This document shows, piece by piece, positions 8,965 to 18,564 of a stretch of DNA of 64,000 nt. How positions within the stretch are numbered: the first letter of the stretch is position 1; each line of letters opens with the position of its first letter. The notes below the pieces were generated by a model that was given only the letters and a program-made list of their open reading frames with translations, had not been told where the DNA came from and did no database searches. Origin of the DNA: a virus (taxonomy: Duplodnaviria > Heunggongvirae > Uroviricota > Caudoviricetes); IMG/VR virus record IMGVR_UViG_3300013307_000015; one strand, 5' to 3'. The translations under genes were made by a program, and so were the position numbers.

Positions 8965-10565
8965 TGAACGAGCTTACCACACTAGGCAATCGCGGATTCG
9001 GGCGTGTTCCCCCTCAGGCCCAAATCACAAAGTTGCTGATTTACGAGACCGGCGAGTATAACCAGCAATGGAGTCGTCCCTATACGACCAACTTCGACGG
9101 TCATGTTCTTTCGCAATTCAACGAACAACTGCAAGGCGTGAAGCACTATTCGCCGGCCAGCTTCAGCGGGATTGCCCAAAGCTTTCTGAAGCCGTCGGCA
9201 AACGTCGACATGCAGCGCGGCCAGATCGCTATTCCCCAAGGCTGGGGTGAGCGTCGCTGCCGGTTCATGATGGTGGTCGAGTACGAAAGCCACATCGGCA
9301 CGCGCTTCCAAGAAATCCTGACGGGCTATACCACCCACGTCGGTGCGATGCCGCAGTCGGGCTATACTTCGACCGAAGCGCAGCAGCTGCTCGTCGACAA
9401 CGAAATGCAGTTCTTCGTGAACTCGACCATCCATCTGCAAATCAGCCAGCAGTATGGTCCGGCAGGCATGCGGGAAGTGGCGGCGGTGGCCAAGAATGCG
9501 CACATTCTCGCCGACAACAACTTCCAGTCGATGTATCAGCCTGACCATCTGGAGCGCATGCGGCCGACGGATCTGTTTGCGGTGATGAGCCGTAGTCACC
9601 TGAACGCACTGCGTGATGAGAACGGCCAGATCCCCGGCGTGGGCAACAAGCTCTTCGATGCGCGCAACGCGAACAGCACGATGGCGGCGATGTCGCTGCG
9701 TGGCAATGTGATTCCGGCGTCGTACATGGCGCGTGTCGTGGAAAACTGGAGCAATGCATCCGCTACCAGCACCGATCCGGGTACGACGGGCGGTGACTTC
9801 TTCACGAATGCGCGGCAGTATGCGAACGATGGTCTGGTGTCGGGCGATCAGGTGCTGCGGATGATTGCAGACCTGCGCGGTGAGCCGATCGGCAACACGT
9901 TCCGCTATCGGGATCTGCTCAAGCTCGATCCGACGATCCAAGGTCGTGTACTGGGTCGTTGCTCGGGCCGCACGCAGAAGATCCAAGGCATGCATGCACA
10001 GGGCGAAACCAACGAGTGGTATGGTCGAGATCCCGTGACGCTGGCCGCGACGATCATCAGTCAATGTGTGCCGGGTATCATGGCCGATCTGGCGCTGACC
10101 GTGATGCATTTCAAGATGCATAACGAGATGGCGGTTTCGGGCAACTATTCGGCCGTCGATCCGACGACGTTCTTGGGTCGTCCGGGTTATCAGCCGGACA
10201 TGGCGATTGTCAACATCGCTGGTTTCGGCGATCAGGATCTCTCGCCGGCGATGTTCGCGTTCGAGAAGCGTTTCTGGTTCGAAGTCATGAAGGATCTGTG
10301 CTTCGACAATCAGGTGCGCTTCATGCTCGAAGTGATCTGTGATCTGACGGGCGAAACCGTGGTGAACATCTCGCTCGATGGTCGTCCGATCGAGCAGTTC
10401 GTCACGCCGTCGTTTGCTGATGCGCTGCTCACTCCGCTGGTGACTCGTGACCACAATCACGTCGTGCAAGTGGCGGACGACTTCAACCATCTGCTGCACG
10501 CAGTTGCGCCGCCGGATCAACACGAAACGGGTGGTGCGCCGTTGTTTGATGCTTCGGCGTTCTAA
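8964..10565 (+). CDS. picA: Phage nucleus protein importer PicA/Imp1-like (phiKZ gp69)
   Basis: 533-aa ORF coupled (TAATG) to the gp68-like gene; starts with LLIYETGEYNQQWSRPY; conserved synteny. Confidence 0.65.
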   Translation: MNELTTLGNRGFGRVPPQAQITKLLIYETGEYNQQWSRPYTTNFDGHVLSQFNEQLQGVKHYSPASFSGIAQSFLKPSANVDMQRGQIAIPQGWGERRCRFMMVVEYESHIGTRFQEILTGYTTHVGAMPQSGYTSTEAQQLLVDNEMQFFVNSTIHLQISQQYGPAGMREVAAVAKNAHILADNNFQSMYQPDHLERMRPTDLFAVMSRSHLNALRDENGQIPGVGNKLFDARNANSTMAAMSLRGNVIPASYMARVVENWSNASATSTDPGTTGGDFFTNARQYANDGLVSGDQVLRMIADLRGEPIGNTFRYRDLLKLDPTIQGRVLGRCSGRTQKIQGMHAQGETNEWYGRDPVTLAATIISQCVPGIMADLALTVMHFKMHNEMAVSGNYSAVDPTTFLGRPGYQPDMAIVNIAGFGDQDLSPAMFAFEKRFWFEVMKDLCFDNQVRFMLEVICDLTGETVVNISLDGRPIEQFVTPSFADALLTPLVTRDHNHVVQVADDFNHLLHAVAPPDQHETGGAPLFDASAF

Positions 10566-10580
10566 GAAAGGAAAGAAATC

Positions 10581-12197
10581 ATGACAAAGAAACTCATCCC
10601 GCTTTACAAGTCGATCTTGAAAGCGGCCCATCTCGTTACGGATGAAGAAGGATTCATCAAGAAGATCCGTGGCGATACGAAGGAACCGTGGTTCATCGAC
10701 AACTTGCCTGCCGTGTTGCCGCTCGACGAGCAACTCAAGCAACCGCCGGGCACGACGACGATCTTCCATCCGCTGTTCGAACATCTGGCGCGGGGCGAAT
10801 CGAAGCAAGTCGCCGAGTATCGTCGGGCATTGACGGAGCGGCTGCATCTGACGTTCATGGCCATGGCCAGCGAACTGCTCACGATCGCAGCTTCCCAGCA
10901 GATGCACGCGACGCTCACGCCGGAGCAGTCCGAGTTCCTCTCGTTCGTGCCGGAAGCGGACGAGACGATGCTCAAGAAGTTCGATGCACTCTGGAAGGCC
11001 ATGCCCGATGGTCAAAACCAGAAGGCGTTCGTGTCGATGTATCTGAAGAAAGGCGGCGTGCTGCACGGGAAGTCGGTCCATCGTGCAGCCATCGTTTCGT
11101 TCCCGCTGTACAAGCAGCTGGTCGAAGACGGCGAGAAGCGTGAAGCCGAGATGGAAGCACGCAAGAAGCAGCCGAAGAAGAAAGACGCGAAGGCAGACGA
11201 CAAGTTGCCGGCGGTACCCAACGAAACGTATGGCGTATCGCTGCGACAAGTCGATCGCGACTCCTTCATCAAGCTGTTCCAGTACATGGTGCCGGGAATC
11301 GACGAAGCCGATGCGTATTCGGCTGCATCGAACAGCAACATCGCACCGTCGCTGGACGCCGTGATGCATTCGGCTGAACGACTGGCTGGGCCGATCAACG
11401 ATCTGGTCGAGCGCTTCGGCGACAAGCTGTCGGAAACCGCACGGATCATCATGCGGGTGGAAGACAAGTGGGTCGACGACTTCGTCAATCTGGCTCCGCT
11501 GCAAGCGGAAATCCGGATGATTCCGTTCCCGGAAACGGCAGCAGTGCAAACGCCGGAAATGAAGAAAGCAGTCGAAGCAGAAGCACGCACGATCGTCGAG
11601 CATGTGAAGACGCCGGCCTATCTCGGCCAAGCGGCAGAACAAGCACCGGCAGCCAGCGAATCGGCTCCGGTGGAAGAGAAACATGCTCCGGCTGGTTTCT
11701 CGTTGCCGCCCAAGACGATCCCGCCGACGGCTCAGCCGGCTCATGTACCGCAGCAACAGCCGCAGATGCCTTATCCGGGTGCAGCGTATCCCGGCGCACC
11801 GTATCCGCAACCGGGTTATCCGCATGCTTACGCGGGTGCACCTGATCCGCGCATGATGCCTCCGGGAGCGATGCCGCCTGCTCAGCAACCGCCTGCTGGC
11901 CCGATTCCCAATACGGGACGTGGGGCTGACTTCCACGAGCTGATGCGGCGCAATCCGGCACTGGCAGCGGCAGCTGTGGGTGCGCCGGGTTCGTATCCGA
12001 CGCCGGGGATGGTGCCGTATGGCTATCCTCCGATGCAGCGCGATGAACCGACCTTCGTCACGCAGCAGTACGGTACGCAACGCTCGGTGTATCAGCAGCC
12101 GGGGTATCCGCAGCAACAACAAGGCTATCCGCAACAGCAGACCTACCAGTCGTATCCGCCGGGCTACGTACCGCCGGGTTATCAGACCAAGTTCTGA
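10581..12197 (+). CDS. Nucleus-associated protein, phiKZ gp70-like, with P/Q/Y/G-rich C-terminal low-complexity domain
   Basis: 538-aa ORF after the picA-like gene; YPG/YPQ repeats in roughly the last 180 aa. Confidence 0.6.
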   Translation: MTKKLIPLYKSILKAAHLVTDEEGFIKKIRGDTKEPWFIDNLPAVLPLDEQLKQPPGTTTIFHPLFEHLARGESKQVAEYRRALTERLHLTFMAMASELLTIAASQQMHATLTPEQSEFLSFVPEADETMLKKFDALWKAMPDGQNQKAFVSMYLKKGGVLHGKSVHRAAIVSFPLYKQLVEDGEKREAEMEARKKQPKKKDAKADDKLPAVPNETYGVSLRQVDRDSFIKLFQYMVPGIDEADAYSAASNSNIAPSLDAVMHSAERLAGPINDLVERFGDKLSETARIIMRVEDKWVDDFVNLAPLQAEIRMIPFPETAAVQTPEMKKAVEAEARTIVEHVKTPAYLGQAAEQAPAASESAPVEEKHAPAGFSLPPKTIPPTAQPAHVPQQQPQMPYPGAAYPGAPYPQPGYPHAYAGAPDPRMMPPGAMPPAQQPPAGPIPNTGRGADFHELMRRNPALAAAAVGAPGSYPTPGMVPYGYPPMQRDEPTFVTQQYGTQRSVYQQPGYPQQQQGYPQQQTYQSYPPGYVPPGYQTKF

Positions 12198-12211
12198 TGC
12201 TTCGGTGAAGT

Positions 12212-12259
12212 GACGGCATAAAGCCAAGAAGAGCGCAGAACATCGCGCTCTTCTTTTTT
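12212..12259. terminator. Bidirectional terminator with GACGGCATAAA flank
   Basis: GACGGCATAAAGCC-AAGAAGAGCGC...GCGCTCTTCTTTTTTT between convergent genes. Confidence 0.85.
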
Positions 12260-12269
12260 TGTCCTCGAT

Positions 12270-12608
12270 TTACGTCGTGGCCCGATTCGTCGAGTTGTTG
12301 GTCTGCTGAATACGCTGAACATCAGCTTGACTGGGTACCAGCAGATTTGTCATCCACGGTTGGTATTCGTCTGACGAATTGAGTTTGTTCGCCCGCATGA
12401 CGGCGTAATGCATCGTCATCGGGATGTTAAGAAAAGTAAGAAGACCAAAGAGGTCGCCAGCAAATCGCTCTGCTGTGGCGGGGGCGACGGTGGTTGGGGA
12501 TTGGATGCTGCTTCGAAACTTCGTCATGAAGTCTTCGAGCGTATTGCGCATGGAGTCCGTGTAATACGAGGCGGCCCCGTCTTTCACCATCAGGCTATCG
12601 ACTTGCAT
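12270..12608 (-). CDS. Small hypothetical protein, possibly LysM-like/P2 gpX-type baseplate protein
   Basis: 112 aa. GDLFGLL...VMRANKL...LLVP pattern resembles the gpX/LysM family; inference. Confidence 0.55.
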   Translation of the reverse strand: MQVDSLMVKDGAASYYTDSMRNTLEDFMTKFRSSIQSPTTVAPATAERFAGDLFGLLTFLNIPMTMHYAVMRANKLNSSDEYQPWMTNLLVPSQADVQRIQQTNNSTNRATT

Positions 12609-12621
12609 AACGATACTCTCT

Positions 12622-12645
12622 AGAAAGATTCAAACACATATCATC
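12622..12645 (+). promoter_or_regulatory. Putative phage RNAP (early) promoter, copy 2
   Basis: AGAAAGATTCAaacAcATATCAtc upstream of the RNAP beta gene. Confidence 0.6.
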
Positions 12646-12701
12646 TTTAAGAGTAGTGTAAGCTATTCACATTCGAATCAACATCAAGAAAGGAAATCGT
12701 G

Positions 12702-14912
12702 ATGTCTGACGATGCGTACATGAGCGCAATCAATGAAATGGACAGACGGTTGATGGGGGTCAACGGTCTGAACTTTGCGGACGTCGGGGATAGTTCTCCG
12801 CGAAAGCAAATGTTTTCTAGCCACATCGGTCAATGTCTCGTCGTGAAAGGAGGAACCGAGCGATTCATTCAGACCGGGATGGAACGGCAGTACGCTAAGA
12901 CAACCTTTTCGGTGAAGATGCCCGAAGACGGCATCATCCTGAAAGTGATTCCTCGCTATCAGGAAACCTTGGGATCGGATTCGATCAAGAACCCGGAAAC
13001 GATCTTGATCTACGAATCCCAGAAGCCGGGTCAAGAAATCGGCATGATTCGTCTGCCGGGGCATTTCTCCGACCAGACGTATTTCGGTTTCGAGTATCAA
13101 GCGCGCAAGATCACCAACTCCATTCGTACCGGCATGCCGATTGCGAAAGGTACGGTCTTGCTGGACTCGCCGTCGGTGACCGAATCCGGTGACTATAAGT
13201 ACGGCGTGCAGTGTCGGGTGGCTTACATGAGCCATCCGGCAGTCTCTGAAGACGGGATTCTCGTCTCGCGGGACGTGCTTAAGAAGTTCGCGATCAAGAC
13301 GTATCGCACCTATGAAGTCGAGTGGGGTAGCCGCTATTTCCCGCTCAACCTCTATGGCGATCCGAATGATCCGAGCGACTATCGGCCGTTTCCGAATATC
13401 GGGGACGTGGTACGGGGCGACGGGTTGTTGATGGTGTTGCGTCGCGAAGACCGCTCGCTTTCCGTGGTGCAGCAGTCCGTCGCGGCTACACGAGAAGTGG
13501 ACTTCTTCCACGATCGTCGCATTTATGCGAATGGTGCGGGTGGTAAAGTGGTGGACATCAAGATCTATCACGACGACTATACCAACACCAACATGCCGGA
13601 AGAAATGGAACGACAACCGATGCGCTATCATCGGGCGTCGCAGCGTTTCTATCGGGAAGTGGTCGATACGCTCGCTGACATCGAGAAGCGGCGCGGTGGT
13701 CCGGACCGGATGAACATCTCCAAGCCGCTGCATGCGCTGGCCGTGGAAGCCTGTGCGATTCTGGATAACCGTGCAAACGGTTCCCAAGAACGCCGGCAAC
13801 TGCTGCATCGCAAGAACCCGCTCGACGATTGGCGTGTGGAGTTCACGATCGAGTATGAAATCATCCCGACGGAAGGTTTCAAGATTACCGATTGCCACGG
13901 CGGTAAGGGTGTGATCTGTAAGGTGGTGGATCCGGAAGACATGCCGGTCGACGAAAACGGCGTGCGCGCTGAGATCGTCATGGACGGTAACTCGACCAAT
14001 AGCCGGATGAACGTAGGCAGGCTCTACGAGCATTTCTTCAATGCAGCCAGTGCGAACGTCTCTGCGAAAGTACGGGACATGCTCGGGTTGCTGGCCAATG
14101 GTCCGGGTCTCACCACGCGACTCCAGCAGATGGAGACGACGCACAAGGAACAGATGGACAGAGCCTGGGATTACATCCTCGGGTATCTGAAGATCATGAG
14201 TCCGAACAAGATGTATCCGTACTATGCGCACGGCGAAGTAATGACGACGCAGAAAGGACTCCTTAAGAACACGTTCCCACGGACGATGTTCATGGAGAGC
14301 GTCATCAACGGGGTGGATGGCTTTGTGATTTATTGGCCGCCTGAAAACCCGCGTGAATTGTCCGACGCTGTGCGGATGATTCAGGCTAACCCCGAGTATC
14401 GTCCGCTGCATGGTCCGGTCACCTATCGAGGCTACTCTGGTCAGGTTCGCAAGACCAAGAACAAGGTGCGCATCGCTAGTGTGTACATCATCATGCTGGA
14501 GAAGATCGCCGATGACTGGACTTCGGTCTCGTCGTCCAAGCGTCAGCACTTCGGTGTGATCTCGCAGATCACCAGCTGGGATAAGCATAGCTCGCCGCAA
14601 CGCGTGCAGGCTATTCGAGCATGGGGTGAATCTGAAGTTCGGATCTCCGTGTCGTTCCCAGGGCCGCGTGTTACCGCAGACATTCTCGATCGCAACAACA
14701 ACCCGAGGACTGCACGGCACCTCATTCAGAATCTGTTGCAAGCGCCCTTCCCGACCAACATCGAACAGATCGTCGATCGGAAGGTGGTTCCGTATGGAGG
14801 AAACAAACCGCTTCAATTGGTGAAGCACATGGCATTGTGCGGCGGCTGGTCTTTCGAGTACGCGCCGTACGTTCCGGGACTTAACAGCAAAACGCGGGAG
14901 CTGGTACATTGA
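12702..14912 (+). CDS. rpoB: Non-virion RNA polymerase beta subunit, C-terminal part (phiKZ gp71-73-like), uninterrupted
   Basis: SSPRKQM, EDGILVS, KITDCHGGKGVI, SRMNVGRLYE and QAIRAWGESE beta motifs; AAAGGA RBS. Confidence 0.92.
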   Translation: MSDDAYMSAINEMDRRLMGVNGLNFADVGDSSPRKQMFSSHIGQCLVVKGGTERFIQTGMERQYAKTTFSVKMPEDGIILKVIPRYQETLGSDSIKNPETILIYESQKPGQEIGMIRLPGHFSDQTYFGFEYQARKITNSIRTGMPIAKGTVLLDSPSVTESGDYKYGVQCRVAYMSHPAVSEDGILVSRDVLKKFAIKTYRTYEVEWGSRYFPLNLYGDPNDPSDYRPFPNIGDVVRGDGLLMVLRREDRSLSVVQQSVAATREVDFFHDRRIYANGAGGKVVDIKIYHDDYTNTNMPEEMERQPMRYHRASQRFYREVVDTLADIEKRRGGPDRMNISKPLHALAVEACAILDNRANGSQERRQLLHRKNPLDDWRVEFTIEYEIIPTEGFKITDCHGGKGVICKVVDPEDMPVDENGVRAEIVMDGNSTNSRMNVGRLYEHFFNAASANVSAKVRDMLGLLANGPGLTTRLQQMETTHKEQMDRAWDYILGYLKIMSPNKMYPYYAHGEVMTTQKGLLKNTFPRTMFMESVINGVDGFVIYWPPENPRELSDAVRMIQANPEYRPLHGPVTYRGYSGQVRKTKNKVRIASVYIIMLEKIADDWTSVSSSKRQHFGVISQITSWDKHSSPQRVQAIRAWGESEVRISVSFPGPRVTADILDRNNNPRTARHLIQNLLQAPFPTNIEQIVDRKVVPYGGNKPLQLVKHMALCGGWSFEYAPYVPGLNSKTRELVH

Positions 14913-16915
14913 AACGTTTGAGTGCACGTTTTCTGATCACCATGTCGACCGAGCAACTCTGGAACACCCTCAAGGGTCCCTTTACGCTCGTGTTCGACAA
15001 TGGTGAAGAGCTTCTCACGAATGCTCGCGAAACCATCTACAGCAGCTATGCGTGGGAATTCCATCGCAAGTATCCGAAGACGCCGATGCGAAAGGAGCAT
15101 CACGTCAAGCATCTGATCGGCAACAAGCGCCTGAACTATTCCACTCACTTGAAGCTGTTGGGTAGCGTGATGTGGGAAGTCCACGCGACGTATCGCCACG
15201 ACGAGACGGTCACCACCGAGCAGTTGTCGGAGATGACCTATCGGATTGTCAACACGATGTACAACGAGTTGTCGTATCGGTGCGAGGAGTATGTGACCTC
15301 GCTGGATGTGACGGACTATATCGAGATCCTCGATCATCCGGATATCTTGGCGTCGAAGAAGGATGCGCCGCCTACCGAGCAAGCCATTGCTCACATCCAA
15401 GATACGATCACCAAAGCCCTGCTCAATGACGAGCGCTTGGCCAATAACCCGGTTGCACGGGCAGTGAAGTCGGGCCTCTCGAACATGGGTCAGGTGTTGC
15501 AGTGCGTGGGACCTCGGGGCTATATCTCCGACATCGATGGGACGTATTTCCCGCGTCCGATCATGCGCGGCTTTGCCGAAGGCTTCCGTAGTTTCCACGA
15601 CTCGTTCATCGAATCGCGTCACGCGTCCATGTCGCTTGCTCAGGCTAAAGACCCGCTTGAGCAGACCGAGTATTTCAGTCGGCGGTTGCAACTCATCTGT
15701 CAGAATCTTCGGAATCTGCACATGGGTGACTGTGGCTCGAAGGAGTATCTGTACTGGACCGTGCGCGACAAGCAGTATGATGATGAAGGTGCAGTGGTTC
15801 AGAAGTCGGACCTCGAACTGCTGGCTGGGAAGTACTTCCTGAATTCCGATGGCGGCCTCACTGCCATTCGGAAGGACGATAAGCATCTGCTGGGCCACAC
15901 CCTGAAGCTGCGCTCGGTACTTCACTGTCAGCACCCTGATCCTTATGGGATTTGCTCGACGTGTTTCGGCGAACTGGCGTATTCGATTCTGGATCCGCTC
16001 ACCGGGAATCTGGGTCAGACCAACTGTACCTCGATGACCGAAGTCGTTTCTCAGCTGGTACTGTCGACCAAGCACTTTGTCGGCGGTGCAGTCATGGAAG
16101 CGATCGTGCTGGACTCGGTCATGAAGCACTTCCTGGACGTCTCTCAGGATCGCATGTCCTATCTGTTGAGCAAGCGGCTCAAGAGCAAGCACGTGCGGCT
16201 GATCATCCCGCATCAGTACGCAGCAAACTTCACCGACATCCAGAACGTCGAAGACGTCAACCAACTGACGAGCATCACGCGGATTAGCGAGTTGCCGGAA
16301 ATCGGCATCATGGAGGGCAGCGGCGAAGAGTTGATCGTCGACACGCTGAAGGTCGCAATGGATCGCCGTATGGCGTCCATGACGATGCCGTTCCTGGCGC
16401 ACATCAAGAAGCATGGGTATGCGCTCAATGAACGTGGTCACTATGTGATCGACATGACAGGATGGGATTTCGACAAGCCCATTCTGACCTTGCCGGCCAA
16501 GCGGTACAACATGAGTGACCATTCGGCAGAAATCGCCGACATCCTCGAAGCGTCCATCAACGAACTCGGGGAACGGGACAAGGAAGAAGCAGTGGATGCC
16601 ACGCTGGTCAAGTTGTTCGACCACGTGAATCATCGACTCAATGTCAATCTCGGTGTGTTGGAAGTGGTGCTGTATGGCGGCATGGTGGTATCGGCTGCCA
16701 ACGACGACTTCGCATTGCCGAAGGTTGGTACGGGTCGGGCCTTGGGCGTCTACGATCTCACGATCGAAAACCGCTCGATGGCTGCGAAGATGGCGTATGA
16801 GCATCAGCTGGCCAGTATCAATAAGCCGCGTAACTACATCACGCCCAATCGCATGGATCATCCGTTCGATGCCTTGCTCATGCCGTTCGAGGTCTTACAG
16901 CACTTGGAGGTATAA
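14909..16915 (+). CDS. rpoC: Non-virion RNA polymerase beta' subunit, C-terminal part (phiKZ gp74-like)
   Basis: Bridge-helix-like EYFSRRLQL, Zn site DCGS...LRSVLHC...ICSTCFG and trigger-loop-like SQLVLSTKH; TTG start overlaps the beta gene stop. Confidence 0.88.
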   Translation: MKRLSARFLITMSTEQLWNTLKGPFTLVFDNGEELLTNARETIYSSYAWEFHRKYPKTPMRKEHHVKHLIGNKRLNYSTHLKLLGSVMWEVHATYRHDETVTTEQLSEMTYRIVNTMYNELSYRCEEYVTSLDVTDYIEILDHPDILASKKDAPPTEQAIAHIQDTITKALLNDERLANNPVARAVKSGLSNMGQVLQCVGPRGYISDIDGTYFPRPIMRGFAEGFRSFHDSFIESRHASMSLAQAKDPLEQTEYFSRRLQLICQNLRNLHMGDCGSKEYLYWTVRDKQYDDEGAVVQKSDLELLAGKYFLNSDGGLTAIRKDDKHLLGHTLKLRSVLHCQHPDPYGICSTCFGELAYSILDPLTGNLGQTNCTSMTEVVSQLVLSTKHFVGGAVMEAIVLDSVMKHFLDVSQDRMSYLLSKRLKSKHVRLIIPHQYAANFTDIQNVEDVNQLTSITRISELPEIGIMEGSGEELIVDTLKVAMDRRMASMTMPFLAHIKKHGYALNERGHYVIDMTGWDFDKPILTLPAKRYNMSDHSAEIADILEASINELGERDKEEAVDATLVKLFDHVNHRLNVNLGVLEVVLYGGMVVSAANDDFALPKVGTGRALGVYDLTIENRSMAAKMAYEHQLASINKPRNYITPNRMDHPFDALLMPFEVLQHLEV

Positions 16916-16924
16916 GGAGGAACT

Positions 16925-18478
16925 ATGGCTGAATGTACTGTCCGTCTGTTCTCGCACAACTTTGAAATCACGAAGTTGAGCCCGCGAGCACGGACGGCAG
17001 TTACTCACTTTGCGAGGCGCTTCATCGAGCAAAAGCAGGTTAAGAAGAAACCTTCTTGGTACGCTCAGGCGAACCAAAGCAACAAAGATGATTGTGTCTA
17101 TGCAACGGCCACCGATGATCGGACCGAATACCGGTTTCACGTCAACCAACTGTCGGAGTTTAAGGATCACTTGAAGGTCTGTGGTCTGGACTTTGACAGG
17201 GACGTGAAGTTCAGTGTCGTTCCGCTCAATGAACCGCGCAAGGTGGAGCTTCGCGTTCAGTCTGGTTGGGTACCTGATCCTGAATACAAGCAGCCCGAGG
17301 CGATTGCGTTTCTCACGAACCGCGATATTCCTCGTAAGCTGCTTGGGATGCCTCCGGGGTACGGCAAAAGCTATTCGACGATGCAGGCGATTGCTAACCT
17401 CGGAGAGTTATCGGTTTGGTCTGTACAGGCCAAGTATGTCGAAAAGACGCATCTGGATTTGCTGCGCACTTACGACATGGCAGTAGAAGATGTGTTGGTC
17501 ATCTCCAAGACGAAAGACTTGAAGATGTTGCTCTTTATGGCAGTCAGCGAGCTGCCAGATGTGAAGGTGATCCTGATCAGTAGCAAGCTGTTGCAGATCT
17601 GGTTCTCCCTTTACAAAAAGCTTGGCGCTGGCATTGAAGTGGTAGGTTACTCTTCAGCGCCGCAGTACTTCTATCAGCTGCTGGGTGTAGGGGTGCGAGT
17701 CATTGATGAGGTGCATCAGGAGTTTCACTTCAATTTCTTGCAAGACCTCTACACGCATGTACCGTTGTCGATTTCTTTGTCGGCAACGATGCAGTTCGAT
17801 AACGCAACGCGAAATCGAATGGCGCAGTTGGCTTATCCAAAGATCGATCGCTTTGAAGTGGACTACGTCCCCTACATTAGCGCAACGTCGATTAGTTTCG
17901 AGTTTGAAAAACCCGAACGCATCAGAGTCATGGGGAAACAAGGGACGTATTCGCACCACGTCTTTGAAGACTCCGTGATGAAGGATAAGAAAGTACTGGG
18001 TCGCTATCTGGATATGATTAACTTGGTTGTGCGAAAAGAACTGCTCACTGACCATCTGGAAGGCGAGCGGATGATTATCTACGCAGCAGGCGTAGAGTTT
18101 TGCACGATCTTGCGTGACGATCTCAGAAAGCGCCATCCTGATCTGAAGATTACTCGATATTGCGGTTCAGCGAATGATGAGTACGACAATTTGCTGACTT
18201 CAGACATCTGTGTGACGACGTTAGGTAGCGCCGGAACCAACGTCGACATTCCGAATCTGAAGTGTGCTTTCCTGACGACCGGTGTCGATTCGACCCAGAG
18301 TAACATCCAAGGTGCGGGCCGGTTACGCGATAAGTTAGCCCCCGGACGAGTTCCCCGATTCGTCTGGTTGGTGGCGCAGCAGTTTGCACGCCCCCTAGCT
18401 TATCATGAGAAGAAAGTTGAGCTTCTCAGGACGCGTGCCAAAATTCTCAACGCGCAGTTCTACGGCACACTGCTATAA
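16925..18478 (+). CDS. Superfamily 2 helicase (phiKZ gp75-like)
   Basis: Walker A PPGYGKS, DEVH, SLSAT (motif III) and QGAGRLR (motif VI). Confidence 0.9.
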   Translation: MAECTVRLFSHNFEITKLSPRARTAVTHFARRFIEQKQVKKKPSWYAQANQSNKDDCVYATATDDRTEYRFHVNQLSEFKDHLKVCGLDFDRDVKFSVVPLNEPRKVELRVQSGWVPDPEYKQPEAIAFLTNRDIPRKLLGMPPGYGKSYSTMQAIANLGELSVWSVQAKYVEKTHLDLLRTYDMAVEDVLVISKTKDLKMLLFMAVSELPDVKVILISSKLLQIWFSLYKKLGAGIEVVGYSSAPQYFYQLLGVGVRVIDEVHQEFHFNFLQDLYTHVPLSISLSATMQFDNATRNRMAQLAYPKIDRFEVDYVPYISATSISFEFEKPERIRVMGKQGTYSHHVFEDSVMKDKKVLGRYLDMINLVVRKELLTDHLEGERMIIYAAGVEFCTILRDDLRKRHPDLKITRYCGSANDEYDNLLTSDICVTTLGSAGTNVDIPNLKCAFLTTGVDSTQSNIQGAGRLRDKLAPGRVPRFVWLVAQQFARPLAYHEKKVELLRTRAKILNAQFYGTLL

Positions 18479-18489
18479 ACCACACTGAT

Positions 18490-18527
18490 CTACTCCTCTC
18501 GTCCGAAGTCTGGATGGGGGGAGTAGA
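18490..18527 (+). terminator. Hairpin after helicase
   Basis: CTACTCCTCTC-GTCC...GGAT-GGGGGGAGTAG inverted repeat. Confidence 0.55.
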
Positions 18528-18564
18528 CTTGATATTCGAAACAAGAAACTAGGAGTATAAGAAG

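Noticed and set aside
8982-16861. Very long antisense ORFs (8982-12227, 12684-14927, 14813-16861) and similar ones elsewhere (e.g. 21657-23222, 30713-33642, 40757-45304)
   Set aside because: They mirror well-supported genes on the opposite strand, lack SD sequences and motifs, and have R/H/V/D-skewed composition typical of shadow ORFs from GC3-rich codon bias.
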